From a virus (taxonomy: Duplodnaviria > Caudoviricetes), in IMG/VR virus record IMGVR_UViG_3300027857_000485, positions 1 through 62,156 of that record: DNA of 62,156 bases; one strand, given 5' to 3'. Positions 1 to 8,588 of this stretch are shown piece after piece; position 1 is the first letter of the stretch; each line of letters opens with the position of its first letter. Position numbers and translations under genes: made by a program. The notes beneath the pieces are model-generated. The model worked only from the letters and a program-made list of their open reading frames with translations. It made no database searches and was not told the DNA's origin.

Positions 1-1275
1 TTAGCTTTTCGGACCTTCCCGTTTTGGCAGATTTGCCACCGGATTGCCACCGGAAGGTTTTTCCGAGGCGCTTTCTACCGCGCCCGACAGCCACCCGTCC
101 ACCAGTTTCGCGGCGTCGGCCTGCATCGTCGGGATGAAGGCCGCATAGGTCTTGAGCGTGATGTTGATGTTCGAATGGCCCGCCCGTTCGCTGACCACCT
201 TGATATGCGTCCCGCCCATCAGCAGATGACTTATGTGGGTATGGCGCAGGCCGTGGAAGGTGATGCGGGTGAGGCCGGCAGCTGCGACCAGATCCTCGAA
301 CGCTTTAGTGAGCTTGTTGGGCTTGATCGGGCTGCCGTCCGCTTCGCAAATTACCAGATCGAGCGCGTCTTTTCCGAGGCCGTATTTCAGCCGCGTCTCG
401 GCCTGGCGCCGCTTCAGGTCGCGCAGCGCAGAAACCGTCGCGGACGGCAGATCGATCGCACGCCGGCTCTGCGCCGTCTTCGGCGCCTTAAAGGTGATAT
501 CGCGCGACCGCACTTCGCCCCCATCGACAATCTCGCACATCCGGACCTCATCCATCACCTGCTGCACCGTGAGCTTGGCCCCGTCGAGGTCGACGTCACG
601 CCAGCGCAGCCCAAGGATTTCGCCGCGGCGCATGCCGGTGGTGAGGCCAAGCAGCACCGGCTCATAGATCCATTTGATGACGCCCGTATTGTAGCCACGC
701 GCGACCACCAGCAGGACGGAGATCTCTTCCTTCAGCAGAATGGCGATCTCCCGATCCGGCACCTTTGGCGCCTTGACCGTCATCGCTGGATTGCGGGACA
801 GCACGTTGATGCTGACGGCGTGCTTCAGCGCCTGAGACAGCGTGCGATGGCAGTGCTTGACCGTCTGGGGCGCGAGCCCCTGGCCATCGCGCCGGCCGTC
901 CTTCTGCAGGTCGGCTTCCAGCTTCTCGATATGGATGGCTGCGAGCTTGGCGATCGGCAAAGACCCGATGCGCGGCTTGATATAGGTCTCGCAGATCTCA
1001 CGGTGCCGCCGGGCCGAGGAGGGCGCGAGGCGCCGCTCAATATCGCAGGTCAGCCAGTGCTCGAGATATTGCGAGACTGTCATCTTCGAAGGATCGGCAT
1101 AGACCCCATCGTCGATCTGGGCCAGCAGCCGGGTCAGTTCGCGGGAGGCTTCCTTCTTGGTGCCCTTGAAAGACTTGTATTTGGTGATTCGCTTGCCCGT
1201 AACGGGATCGGTGCGGAGGTCATACTTGATTTCCCAGGTGCCGGTGCCCCTGGGCCGAATGTGACCTCGGTCCAT
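1..1275 (-). CDS. int: Tyrosine recombinase/phage integrase
   Basis: TGMRRGEILGLRW, K, HGLRH, GH and TY catalytic motifs; N-terminal arm-binding-type region. Confidence 0.96.
   Translation of the reverse strand: MDRGHIRPRGTGTWEIKYDLRTDPVTGKRITKYKSFKGTKKEASRELTRLLAQIDDGVYADPSKMTVSQYLEHWLTCDIERRLAPSSARRHREICETYIKPRIGSLPIAKLAAIHIEKLEADLQKDGRRDGQGLAPQTVKHCHRTLSQALKHAVSINVLSRNPAMTVKAPKVPDREIAILLKEEISVLLVVARGYNTGVIKWIYEPVLLGLTTGMRRGEILGLRWRDVDLDGAKLTVQQVMDEVRMCEIVDGGEVRSRDITFKAPKTAQSRRAIDLPSATVSALRDLKRRQAETRLKYGLGKDALDLVICEADGSPIKPNKLTKAFEDLVAAAGLTRITFHGLRHTHISHLLMGGTHIKVVSERAGHSNINITLKTYAAFIPTMQADAAKLVDGWLSGAVESASEKPSGGNPVANLPKREGPKS
33..54. repeat. Tandem 11-bp direct repeat TTGCCACCGGA x2, putative integrase arm-type sites
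   Basis: Exact tandem copies at 33-43 and 44-54 in the 3' end of int, where arm sites commonly lie next to att. Confidence 0.55.
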
Positions 1276-1278
1276 GGC

Positions 1279-1494
1279 CTATTCCTTCGTCGGTGGCGAT
1301 TCGATGATGCGATCCATCAAGACTATTGGAACGCGCAGCAGCCTGCCAACCGGAATCGTCGGAAGAAGTTCGGGATTGGTCTTGGCCAACTCATAGGAGG
1401 CGTTGCGACCGAGGCCGTAATAGAGCTTGCCCGCCGTCGGCACGTCCATCGTCTTGCAGGCCATGGACATCTGTTCTTCTCTCTGGTGGGTCAT
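1279..1494 (-). CDS. Excisionase-like small DNA-binding protein
   Basis: Immediately upstream of int; GLGRNASYELAK...LPTIPVGRLLRVP resembles HTH_17/Xis. Confidence 0.75.
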   Translation of the reverse strand: MTHQREEQMSMACKTMDVPTAGKLYYGLGRNASYELAKTNPELLPTIPVGRLLRVPIVLMDRIIESPPTKE

Positions 1495-1907
1495 GCGGCC
1501 TCCTTGGCCTTCAGGGCCTCGATGCCGGCGATCAGCACGGCGATGGCCGGCGTCGCGCCGCGTTGGTGCAACTGCCGGACGGGGTCATTGATCCAGGCAT
1601 ATCCGGCGCCATCAGGGAGACGGCACACGCTGATGCTGGCGTCCGGCAGCAGCTCGGCGACCAGCGCCATGGCGGCGTCGATGCTGGACGTATAGCGCGG
1701 GTGACGTTCGGCTGCTTCCTTCGCCACAACCGCCCATTTTTCCGCACTCCATAAATCGACCACCGGCGGCTCAGACCCGCCATAGTCATCGCCGTAACCC
1801 CACGATATGCCTCGACGCCTCATCATGTGGTCGATGCGGATATCGCATTCCCTATCCGGTCCCGTCGCCGCCCGCAGCCGGGCCAGGATGTCGTCATGGC
1901 GGTTCAC
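1491..1907 (-). CDS. Phage protein (ABA-sandwich-like)
   Basis: YTSSIDAAMALV...ATPAIAVLIA motif typical of this phage family; ATGA-coupled. Confidence 0.55.
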   Translation of the reverse strand: MNRHDDILARLRAATGPDRECDIRIDHMMRRRGISWGYGDDYGGSEPPVVDLWSAEKWAVVAKEAAERHPRYTSSIDAAMALVAELLPDASISVCRLPDGAGYAWINDPVRQLHQRGATPAIAVLIAGIEALKAKEAA

Positions 1908-2134
1908 GACGGCCTCCCCGATTTTCCGGCCGGTGTCTTCGCCAGTTGGTGCGCCTGCAGCGAATCGCCATAAGCCAGGAGCACCTGCGCCATGGCGCCG
2001 AGCGCGCCCAGCTTCTCATCGATGGTCCCGCAGGGCGCGAGGAACTTGGTAATGCTGGTCAACGCACGGTCGCCGTGCTTGGCCATGAATGGCGCGACCT
2101 CGGGCGGCACGCGGATCTCGGTGATCGTCTTCAT
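1904..2134 (-). CDS. Hypothetical protein
   Basis: Translationally coupled on both sides. Confidence 0.6.
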   Translation of the reverse strand: MKTITEIRVPPEVAPFMAKHGDRALTSITKFLAPCGTIDEKLGALGAMAQVLLAYGDSLQAHQLAKTPAGKSGRPS

Positions 2135-2727
2135 GCCGCCACCTCGGCCGCCGGCATCCGATCGATGTTGACCTGGTGGACGGTAAAGGTCAGGGCGACC
2201 AGCTCAGGGTTTTTGTCCCAACTGCCGGCGCCGTGCAGATGGTCCCAGAGGGCGGCATAGGCATCCACCGCAGACTCGAAACCTTCCTCGGCGCACCCGT
2301 CATAGAAATAGCGGGTGGCGGTCACCTCGGTATGGACGCCGCCGGCGCAATGGGCACCGACGATCACCTCCTCCGAGGTGATGCCCTCGGCCATGGCGTC
2401 GGCTTCGCTGATGTCCTGCAGCCGCTCAAACCTGACCTCTGTCACCACCTGGGTCAGGCGGCTGGCGCGGCGCACCATATGGATGGCGGGCGTCCACTTA
2501 TGGAGGTCGGCCATACGCCGATAGCCCGCGGTGTCATAATCAGCTGCATAGCGAAAATCGCCGCCGCCGGCATCGATGGCCGGCATCGACGTCTCGCGCA
2601 CCCACAGACGATCGTCCGGCAGAGCCTTGGCCAGCGGTGACGACGCCAGCCGCCGGGTCTGCGTCTTGCGGCCGTCGAGCAGGGCGCGCACCATGGGCGC
2701 GCTGAAAATGACGGGGATATCAACCAT
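2131..2727 (-). CDS. ASCH/PUA-like phage protein
   Basis: PVIFSAPMVRALLDGRKTQTRR, LWVRET, RLQDISEADAMAEG and NPELVALTF motifs. Confidence 0.8.
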   Translation of the reverse strand: MVDIPVIFSAPMVRALLDGRKTQTRRLASSPLAKALPDDRLWVRETSMPAIDAGGGDFRYAADYDTAGYRRMADLHKWTPAIHMVRRASRLTQVVTEVRFERLQDISEADAMAEGITSEEVIVGAHCAGGVHTEVTATRYFYDGCAEEGFESAVDAYAALWDHLHGAGSWDKNPELVALTFTVHQVNIDRMPAAEVAA

Positions 2728-2998
2728 GGCATTTACCTTTCTGCCGCCGGCTGTCAGGGAACAGGGCGTTTATGAGTTTGAGGGAAGGGAGGGCGATCTC
2801 CGGGCTATGTTCCAGCTGCCTTTCCCGACGCTGGCGAGGATCGAAGCCACCGCTGCGTTTGCGACCCCGGACCATATCGATGCGGCCCTGCGGCGGCATT
2901 GGCCGCTGATCAAGAAAGCCGCAGAGCGCCGCTTCCGAGACAAGCCGATCCCCAACGGAACCTATGTCCTTGTTCCGGATGACTTTCCGAGCCCATGA
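2726..2998 (+). CDS. Small antisense-oriented protein (possibly DUF1488-like)
   Basis: 90-aa protein-like ORF MAFTFLPP...VLVPDDFPSP inside the leftward operon. Confidence 0.45.
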   Translation: MAFTFLPPAVREQGVYEFEGREGDLRAMFQLPFPTLARIEATAAFATPDHIDAALRRHWPLIKKAAERRFRDKPIPNGTYVLVPDDFPSP

Positions 2999-3015
2999 TG
3001 CGATGACATGACCGC

Positions 3016-4113
3016 TCACGGCGCGGTCTCCTCGCTGGCGGTGGTCTTCGGGGTCCAGTTGGGGCGCTCGGGATGAGGGCATGTGCGGCACGGCTTGGCC
3101 CACGCCTTCACTTCCCCGCATCCGCACGTCTCGCACGTCCTGGGCATTTCGGCCGGCGATGCGGGGTCGCCCAGGCTGACGATCCCCATGGCCGCAGCGA
3201 TAGCCTTCTGCCGCCACGCGTCGCCAACTGGCTCATGGCCAGACGGGTCATCCAGAAGGCAGGCCGCATGCCCGCTGATCTCATCCCAGGCACAATCAGG
3301 CTGATCTGGCCGTACGAATTCCCCGCAAACATCACATCGGCTATGCCATTCCTTGGCATCGGCGGATTTCAGAGCCGCCAGGCCCGGCATGATGATGTTG
3401 ACCCGTAGATCGGCAGCGCGGGAGCGATCGCCCTTGGCGACGGCGTCCTTATGCAGACCAACCGCGAACCACAGTCGGGCTGCCAGATCGCCGCGCCAGA
3501 AGGCGACCTCTTCGCGGAGATCAGTAAGCTCGACAGACTGAACTTGTGAGCTTTTCTCAATGGTTGCCGGCATCCCCAACGCTTCGCGCACCGCCTTCTC
3601 GACGGCGGTGCGAGCTTCGGCTTCCTGCTGATGAAATCCGAGCGTCATGAGGCCTAGATGCGCTTCCCAAGAGCACATGCCGGTCGGCGATACATAGCCG
3701 GCCAGAAGACGCCCAATCCGACACTCCCGATTATTCGGGCCGCCCCACCGCATCAGCTCCCCGATCCAGTCTCGGTTGCGCAGGCGCTCGATCTCCTCCA
3801 TCGCGCATTGGCGATGGTCCTGCTCGCATCTGGGGTAATGCGTCTGGCCGCGGTTGTTTTCGCGCCAGGACAAGCGGGCATTCAGCCGCTCGATTTCCGC
3901 CGCCTGGTCTTCGATAATCGGCCCGACCACAAATTCCAGCATCGCCCTAGCCTGCGCGCTGTCCAGCAGGTTGGTGCCGGTCGGCATACCGTACTTGGCC
4001 GCATATTCCCGGTCGAATTTGATGCCCGCGTCGGGCGCGAAGGTATCGGGCAGACGCCAGCCGAGGAACCGATTGACCGACTCGTCCAGGGCGCGCTTCA
4101 CCAAATCATCCAT
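3016..4113 (-). CDS. Mosaic hypothetical phage protein with Cys/His clusters
   Basis: ATG at 4113 overlapping the upstream gene end; NRFLGWRLPDTFAPDAGI N-terminal block, CxxC motifs. Confidence 0.65.
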   Translation of the reverse strand: MDDLVKRALDESVNRFLGWRLPDTFAPDAGIKFDREYAAKYGMPTGTNLLDSAQARAMLEFVVGPIIEDQAAEIERLNARLSWRENNRGQTHYPRCEQDHRQCAMEEIERLRNRDWIGELMRWGGPNNRECRIGRLLAGYVSPTGMCSWEAHLGLMTLGFHQQEAEARTAVEKAVREALGMPATIEKSSQVQSVELTDLREEVAFWRGDLAARLWFAVGLHKDAVAKGDRSRAADLRVNIIMPGLAALKSADAKEWHSRCDVCGEFVRPDQPDCAWDEISGHAACLLDDPSGHEPVGDAWRQKAIAAAMGIVSLGDPASPAEMPRTCETCGCGEVKAWAKPCRTCPHPERPNWTPKTTASEETAP

Positions 4114-4744
4114 GATGGCCTTCCTCTTGCAGAAGGGCGGCGGTGTCTCCAAGCGCGTCGATATCGCATAGGGGAAGGTTGAAATGAGCAAATGACTTCG
4201 CCGTTGGTCCGTGGATGAAGGTGTCGATATTGGGACGCCCATCAGCTATCGCGGCTTCAGCGGCGTGCAAGGCGGCTTGCTTTGACGGGTATTCGCCTTT
4301 GATCCTGATGCCGCGCAAGCCTTTCTTGGGCCGATTGTCCGTCACCGTTGCTGTCCAGTGTCCGCGCTTGATAATCTCGCGGAACTTGTCGCGCTCGGCC
4401 TCGGCTTTCTCAGCGCGCTGATTTGCCTGATGCTCAGCCTCTCGCGCTCCGTTCAATTCGATCTCAGTTTCCTGATACGCCTTCAGGCGCTCGTCCTCCG
4501 TGAGCTCCAACCAGTGCAGGCACATGGCCGGCTCACCGTCACCAGGACCGAAGTGTCCTTCGGCCTCCGCTTCATTGGAGGTCTCGAAACCGCAATGGAA
4601 ACATACCCACTTGGGGCGCTTCGCCATGGCGATCAGCGCCGGGGCAGCACTGACGATTTTGGAAAGCGTATCCAAGTCAAGGGTGGCCACATCCAGTAGT
4701 GCCTCGATCTCCGCGATCTGCTCGATGGTCAGGATGTCGGTCAT
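4106..4744 (-). CDS. Hypothetical protein (WVCFHCG...GHFG Zn-finger-like, coiled coil)
   Basis: ORF track, coupling. Confidence 0.65.
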   Translation of the reverse strand: MTDILTIEQIAEIEALLDVATLDLDTLSKIVSAAPALIAMAKRPKWVCFHCGFETSNEAEAEGHFGPGDGEPAMCLHWLELTEDERLKAYQETEIELNGAREAEHQANQRAEKAEAERDKFREIIKRGHWTATVTDNRPKKGLRGIRIKGEYPSKQAALHAAEAAIADGRPNIDTFIHGPTAKSFAHFNLPLCDIDALGDTAALLQEEGHHG

Positions 4745-5037
4745 GGCAAGAACCTCGCTTTCGAGCGCTTCGACGCTCGCGAATACCAGCGGATGGGATA
4801 GACGGCGGCGCCGGCCGGGATGTCAGCTGCCCTCAGGCGCTCGACAGAAAGCACCAGCCGGCCGGCATGAACCTTCGATTTCACGGGGCGGGCGGCGTGG
4901 ACCAAATAGGCGCGCGGCGATGGGCCGCGCACGCCCTGACCGCGCAGATAGTCGCCAGCAGACGGCGGTTCGCCAGTGCCCTCCCAGTCGTAGGTGATGC
5001 GGGCGAGATCGATCACCCGATCCTCCTCTTCGTCCAT
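4741..5037 (-). CDS. Hypothetical protein
   Basis: Within the coupled operon. Confidence 0.5.
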   Translation of the reverse strand: MDEEEDRVIDLARITYDWEGTGEPPSAGDYLRGQGVRGPSPRAYLVHAARPVKSKVHAGRLVLSVERLRAADIPAGAAVYPIRWYSRASKRSKARFLP

Positions 5038-5213
5038 TCGCGCCCGCTTTTCAGCAGGACATCGCGGGCCATCTGCCTGGCGGTCTCGCCGCCGATGGGC
5101 GAGCCGTTCGTCTCGCGACCGCGGGCGATCTTGTTGATGACCTCTTCATAGAGACGGAGCCGGGTTGCGTCGTCGGTGGCATCGGGCGATGCCAGGGCGG
5201 TGATATGGTTCAT
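5013..5213 (-). CDS. Hypothetical protein
   Basis: ATGA-coupled start at 5213 with GGAGG-like RBS. Confidence 0.55.
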   Translation of the reverse strand: MNHITALASPDATDDATRLRLYEEVINKIARGRETNGSPIGGETARQMARDVLLKSGREWTKRRIG

Positions 5214-5509
5214 GCCTCTTCCCCTTTCTCGAACGCGTCCAGCGCCGCCGCCGGCGACATCCCTTTGCGCCAGCAGTTCTCGCGAACCCACGCAATGTCG
5301 CTCGCAGGAAAACCGGCGGCGGCAATAGTCTCCAGCTCCATCAGCCAGCGGGTGAAGCCGCGATCCTGGCGCGGACGCGCTGGCGCCGGTTCCTGGTTGT
5401 GCCGCGCCTCAACGGCATTCAGCATCTCGGTCAACTCGGCCGGCTCGACGGTCACCGGCAGCCCGAACTGGACGGCGCCGCGCAGGCGGTGGATGCGATC
5501 GGGGGTCAT
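5210..5509 (-). CDS. Hypothetical protein
   Basis: ATGA-coupled. Confidence 0.6.
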   Translation of the reverse strand: MTPDRIHRLRGAVQFGLPVTVEPAELTEMLNAVEARHNQEPAPARPRQDRGFTRWLMELETIAAAGFPASDIAWVRENCWRKGMSPAAALDAFEKGEEA

Positions 5510-6423
5510 GGCCGCATCTCAGGAAAGCCGTTGTGCTCGACGCCGTCCAAGAGGCGCCCGGCACGCTTTTTACCGACGCGGGCCATGCCGTCCTCGTACA
5601 TTGTGGCATCCTCGCCGAACCATTTGACGTGGGCTCGGACGCCATCGAAGCGCCCGGCCGGGCCGCCATCGGCGGCATCAAAGGTGGGCTGACCTCTCTC
5701 GCCCTCGGATTCGTAGACGGGGATATGCTCTCCCCATTGCTTCAGCAAATAGGGAATGCCATGCGCGGCGCACCAGTCGCGGGCGACGCGGTGCCAATCG
5801 GGACGGGTTGGTCTCGCCTTGGGGCCGGATTCCCCGCCGCTGATCAGCCAGCACAGGAATTCCCAGCCGTTCCATTTCACCAGCCCGAGCGCAGGCTCAT
5901 AGCTGACGAAAGTCCGCCAGCCCAGGGCGGCGATTGCGCCCATGTGCGGACGTCGCTCATCGGCGCGCTCCTGATCCTCGACGGTGCTGCCGATGATGAC
6001 ATTCGGCAGCGGTTCCGAACCGGCGCGCTGGCGCGCTTCGAGATATGCGCGAAGCCTCTCGGGTCGCTTAGTTAGAACATAAAACTGGTGCCAGTGCGCT
6101 TCCGCCATCACGGCGAACAGCCGATCAAGGGTCTCGTCCGACACTTCCTTGTGCCCGACATCGCCCATGCTGGTCAGGAACCATCTGCGCGGCTTCTTCA
6201 CCGACAGCGGGCGCCTGATCTCCGGCTCCCAGACCGTGACCTTGCCGGTCCATTTTCCGAGTGCGCCTTCGCGCGTGGCTAGGCCGGCATATTTCTCGAC
6301 GCCCATAGCCTCAAGCCGCGCGGCCATCGTGGCGGCATAGCAGAAGGCGCAGGCCGGCGATACCGGATCGCAGCCGACAATCGGCGTCCAGGTTTCGTCG
6401 CACCATTCGATTTTCGTGCTCAT
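5506..6423 (-). CDS. DUF5131 / phage Gp37Gp68 family protein
   Basis: TKIEWCDETW.P..GC..VSPACAFCYA, LTKRPER, SYEPALG, GGESGPKARP and KKRAGRLLDG motifs. Confidence 0.9.
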   Translation of the reverse strand: MSTKIEWCDETWTPIVGCDPVSPACAFCYAATMAARLEAMGVEKYAGLATREGALGKWTGKVTVWEPEIRRPLSVKKPRRWFLTSMGDVGHKEVSDETLDRLFAVMAEAHWHQFYVLTKRPERLRAYLEARQRAGSEPLPNVIIGSTVEDQERADERRPHMGAIAALGWRTFVSYEPALGLVKWNGWEFLCWLISGGESGPKARPTRPDWHRVARDWCAAHGIPYLLKQWGEHIPVYESEGERGQPTFDAADGGPAGRFDGVRAHVKWFGEDATMYEDGMARVGKKRAGRLLDGVEHNGFPEMRP

Positions 6424-6815
6424 GCCGCCCTCCGTTTCGGGTTGCTCCGCGGCGCCCCGTCCGCGTCGAAAAATCCATCCCAGCCCCGGGCCTTGAGCTT
6501 TTCCTGGGCGCGGGCCTGCTCCTCGGCCGACACTTCCCCGCAGGGATTGCCGTCGAGGTCGTAGCGCGGGCCGCCCTGCGCCAGCGTGTAGGTGTATTTC
6601 GGCCCCTTGCAGTAGACCTGCACCGCGTCCATGATCCGGCGCACCGTCAGGAAGTTGCCGTCCTCGTCGATGACGCCGATCCGCACCAGGTCGTGCGCGA
6701 TGCCGCGCTTGAGCGGCTTCTTGCGCCGGCCGCCGCCGGTCTCGGAAAAGGCCTCGGGGAACTGCTTGGCCAGCAGATGCCGGTCGGCGCGGGCTTGGGT
6801 GCGGTGGAGGGTCAT
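6420..6815 (-). CDS. ProQ/FinO-family RNA chaperone
   Basis: FPEAF...KPLKRGI..DL...Y......RYDLDGNPCGEVSAEE signature; ATGA-coupled start. Confidence 0.88.
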   Translation of the reverse strand: MTLHRTQARADRHLLAKQFPEAFSETGGGRRKKPLKRGIAHDLVRIGVIDEDGNFLTVRRIMDAVQVYCKGPKYTYTLAQGGPRYDLDGNPCGEVSAEEQARAQEKLKARGWDGFFDADGAPRSNPKRRAA

Positions 6816-7390
6816 TCGCCTTTTCTCCATCGTTCGGTGATGGCCGAGGCCGGAATTATAGAAACGCGCACCTTGTCTTTCCGAATTGGCGCATCAGCAC
6901 CAATGAGGTGGTCGAACATCGGCTCCGACAGGCCGCAGGCGCAGCAGCCGTGCGTCGTGGTCAGGTGCCGGCGCCGCCCCTTCTTCAGAGGCAGGAAGGA
7001 CGTGATCGTGCGGGCGGTGAAATCGTGGGTGTGCTCGGGGCGGCTCGGCATCACCGCCGGCAGATTGCCGTTCCAGCCGGCCGCGCGGCGCTGCGCCTCC
7101 AGGCGCTCCAGATAGGCCCGCGCCGTGGTATCGAGCTCGACCTGGCGGCGCTGTTCAAGCCCGTAAAGAGCCGGTGACCAGAAGGTGTCGATCACGATGA
7201 TGTTGCCGCCGTCGTGGATCGCCTCGATGCGCAGGCCCTTGTCGCATTCGGTGCCGAAATCCTTCACCAGCCAGACGAGCGTCGGACCGAGGGCTTCTGC
7301 GCCGCCAGGCTGGCGCATCCGTTCGCGCAGCGCGCCCAGCAGGGTGACGCCAATGGCGGGGCGGTTCCAGAGTTCGCAGTCGCTCATCAC
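6812..7390 (-). CDS. Hypothetical protein
   Basis: Coupled ORF. Confidence 0.55.
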   Translation of the reverse strand: MMSDCELWNRPAIGVTLLGALRERMRQPGGAEALGPTLVWLVKDFGTECDKGLRIEAIHDGGNIIVIDTFWSPALYGLEQRRQVELDTTARAYLERLEAQRRAAGWNGNLPAVMPSRPEHTHDFTARTITSFLPLKKGRRRHLTTTHGCCACGLSEPMFDHLIGADAPIRKDKVRVSIIPASAITERWRKGE

Positions 7391-8268
7391 GCCCTCACCG
7401 AATAGCGGCTATAGGCGTTCAGGCGCCGCGTCGGAAGGTTCGGAGACCAGCCGTAGATCTCCGTCTCCAGATAGGTCATCTCGGCGGCATAGGCGTCGTC
7501 GCGCACGTCGATCCACCACGCCTTGTGGTCGGTGTCGGTGCCGTCCGACCAGCGATATCCGCGCGCCTTCAGCACGTCCTTTTTCTCGAACGGCGCGCCG
7601 GTCGCCCAGATGCGGATCGTCGACTGCCGGGCGCTCTGAAGCAGCTTGCCCAGCACCGTCTCGCTGCTCTCCAGCCGGTGGTTCAGCACCGCCAGAAGCG
7701 CGTAGCAATCCTCGACGGCGCGGTGACCGTCATGGAACAGGCCGATCTGCGCCAGCAGCTGGCCGAGCTTCTGACCATCGAAGCCCTCGGCCTTCCAGTC
7801 GATCTCGGTCAAGCTGCACGCCCAGGGCAGCGCGTCGAAGCCGCGCCATTGACGCTCGCAGAACTTGCGGTCGAAACCGGCGTTGTGGGCGATGACGATC
7901 TTGGCTTCGGAGATGAAGGTCGTGACATCGGCCTCGTCGATCGCGCAGCCGGCGACCATTTCCTCGGTGATGCCGGTGATCCGGGTGATTTCTTCGGAAA
8001 TCGGGAGCAAGGGCTGGCGGAAGGCGCTGAACACATATTCGGCGTCGAGGACATCGCCCGCCGGCGTGAAGCCGAATCGGATCATGCCGAGTTCGATCAC
8101 CTCGTCGCCCGCCGTATCGGTGCCGGTAGTCTCGACGTCGACGATGATGCCGGTCAGGCGATTGGTGCCGCTGACGACATTGAAGGTGGGATTGGGCTTG
8201 AGACGGCGCAGGATGCGATAGTCGCCGGTCGCCTCCAGCGCCTGGGCCATGGCTTCGAGGTCGGTCAT
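7387..8268 (-). CDS. DEDDh 3'-5' exonuclease (DnaQ/Pol III epsilon-like)
   Basis: VDVETTG, AHNAGFDRKF and HRAVEDC motifs. Confidence 0.92.
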   Translation of the reverse strand: MTDLEAMAQALEATGDYRILRRLKPNPTFNVVSGTNRLTGIIVDVETTGTDTAGDEVIELGMIRFGFTPAGDVLDAEYVFSAFRQPLLPISEEITRITGITEEMVAGCAIDEADVTTFISEAKIVIAHNAGFDRKFCERQWRGFDALPWACSLTEIDWKAEGFDGQKLGQLLAQIGLFHDGHRAVEDCYALLAVLNHRLESSETVLGKLLQSARQSTIRIWATGAPFEKKDVLKARGYRWSDGTDTDHKAWWIDVRDDAYAAEMTYLETEIYGWSPNLPTRRLNAYSRYSVRA

Positions 8269-8588
8269 TCCGTCCTCCCGGCGAGGCCGCAGTAGCCGCG
8301 CTGAATGGGCCGGGAGACACGGCGGTGCAGGCCCGGCGTCGGGGTCTCGATGACATCGACCGTTTCGGTCGGATGACAATCTCCCCAGCGCCACGCCATG
8401 CAGTTAGATCCAACGCATCGCGCCGACGGCGGAAGAGAGTCTTCATCTGCCCCATTGTTCTTGCTCGGGACATCTTCGTCGTAGCGATTGATGGCCGCCG
8501 CGCTGTTGGTGCCGCTTACGTCAAAAACGCGAGCTTGCGGGCACCATTTCGTTCGGGCCCCTTCTTCGGTCAGCAGCATCACCGTCAC
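8265..8588 (-). CDS. Cys-rich hypothetical phage protein
   Basis: TKWCPQAR...CVGSNCMAWRW...GYCGLAG family motif; GTGA-coupled. Confidence 0.7.
   Translation of the reverse strand: MTVMLLTEEGARTKWCPQARVFDVSGTNSAAAINRYDEDVPSKNNGADEDSLPPSARCVGSNCMAWRWGDCHPTETVDVIETPTPGLHRRVSRPIQRGYCGLAGRTE

Noticed and set aside
175-1695. 506-aa + strand ORF and other long antisense ORFs (e.g. 35798-38401, 34449-36038, 20587-21864, 42708-43964)
   Set aside because: Shadow frames opposite well-supported genes; expected in high-GC DNA with strong codon bias; no recognisable motifs
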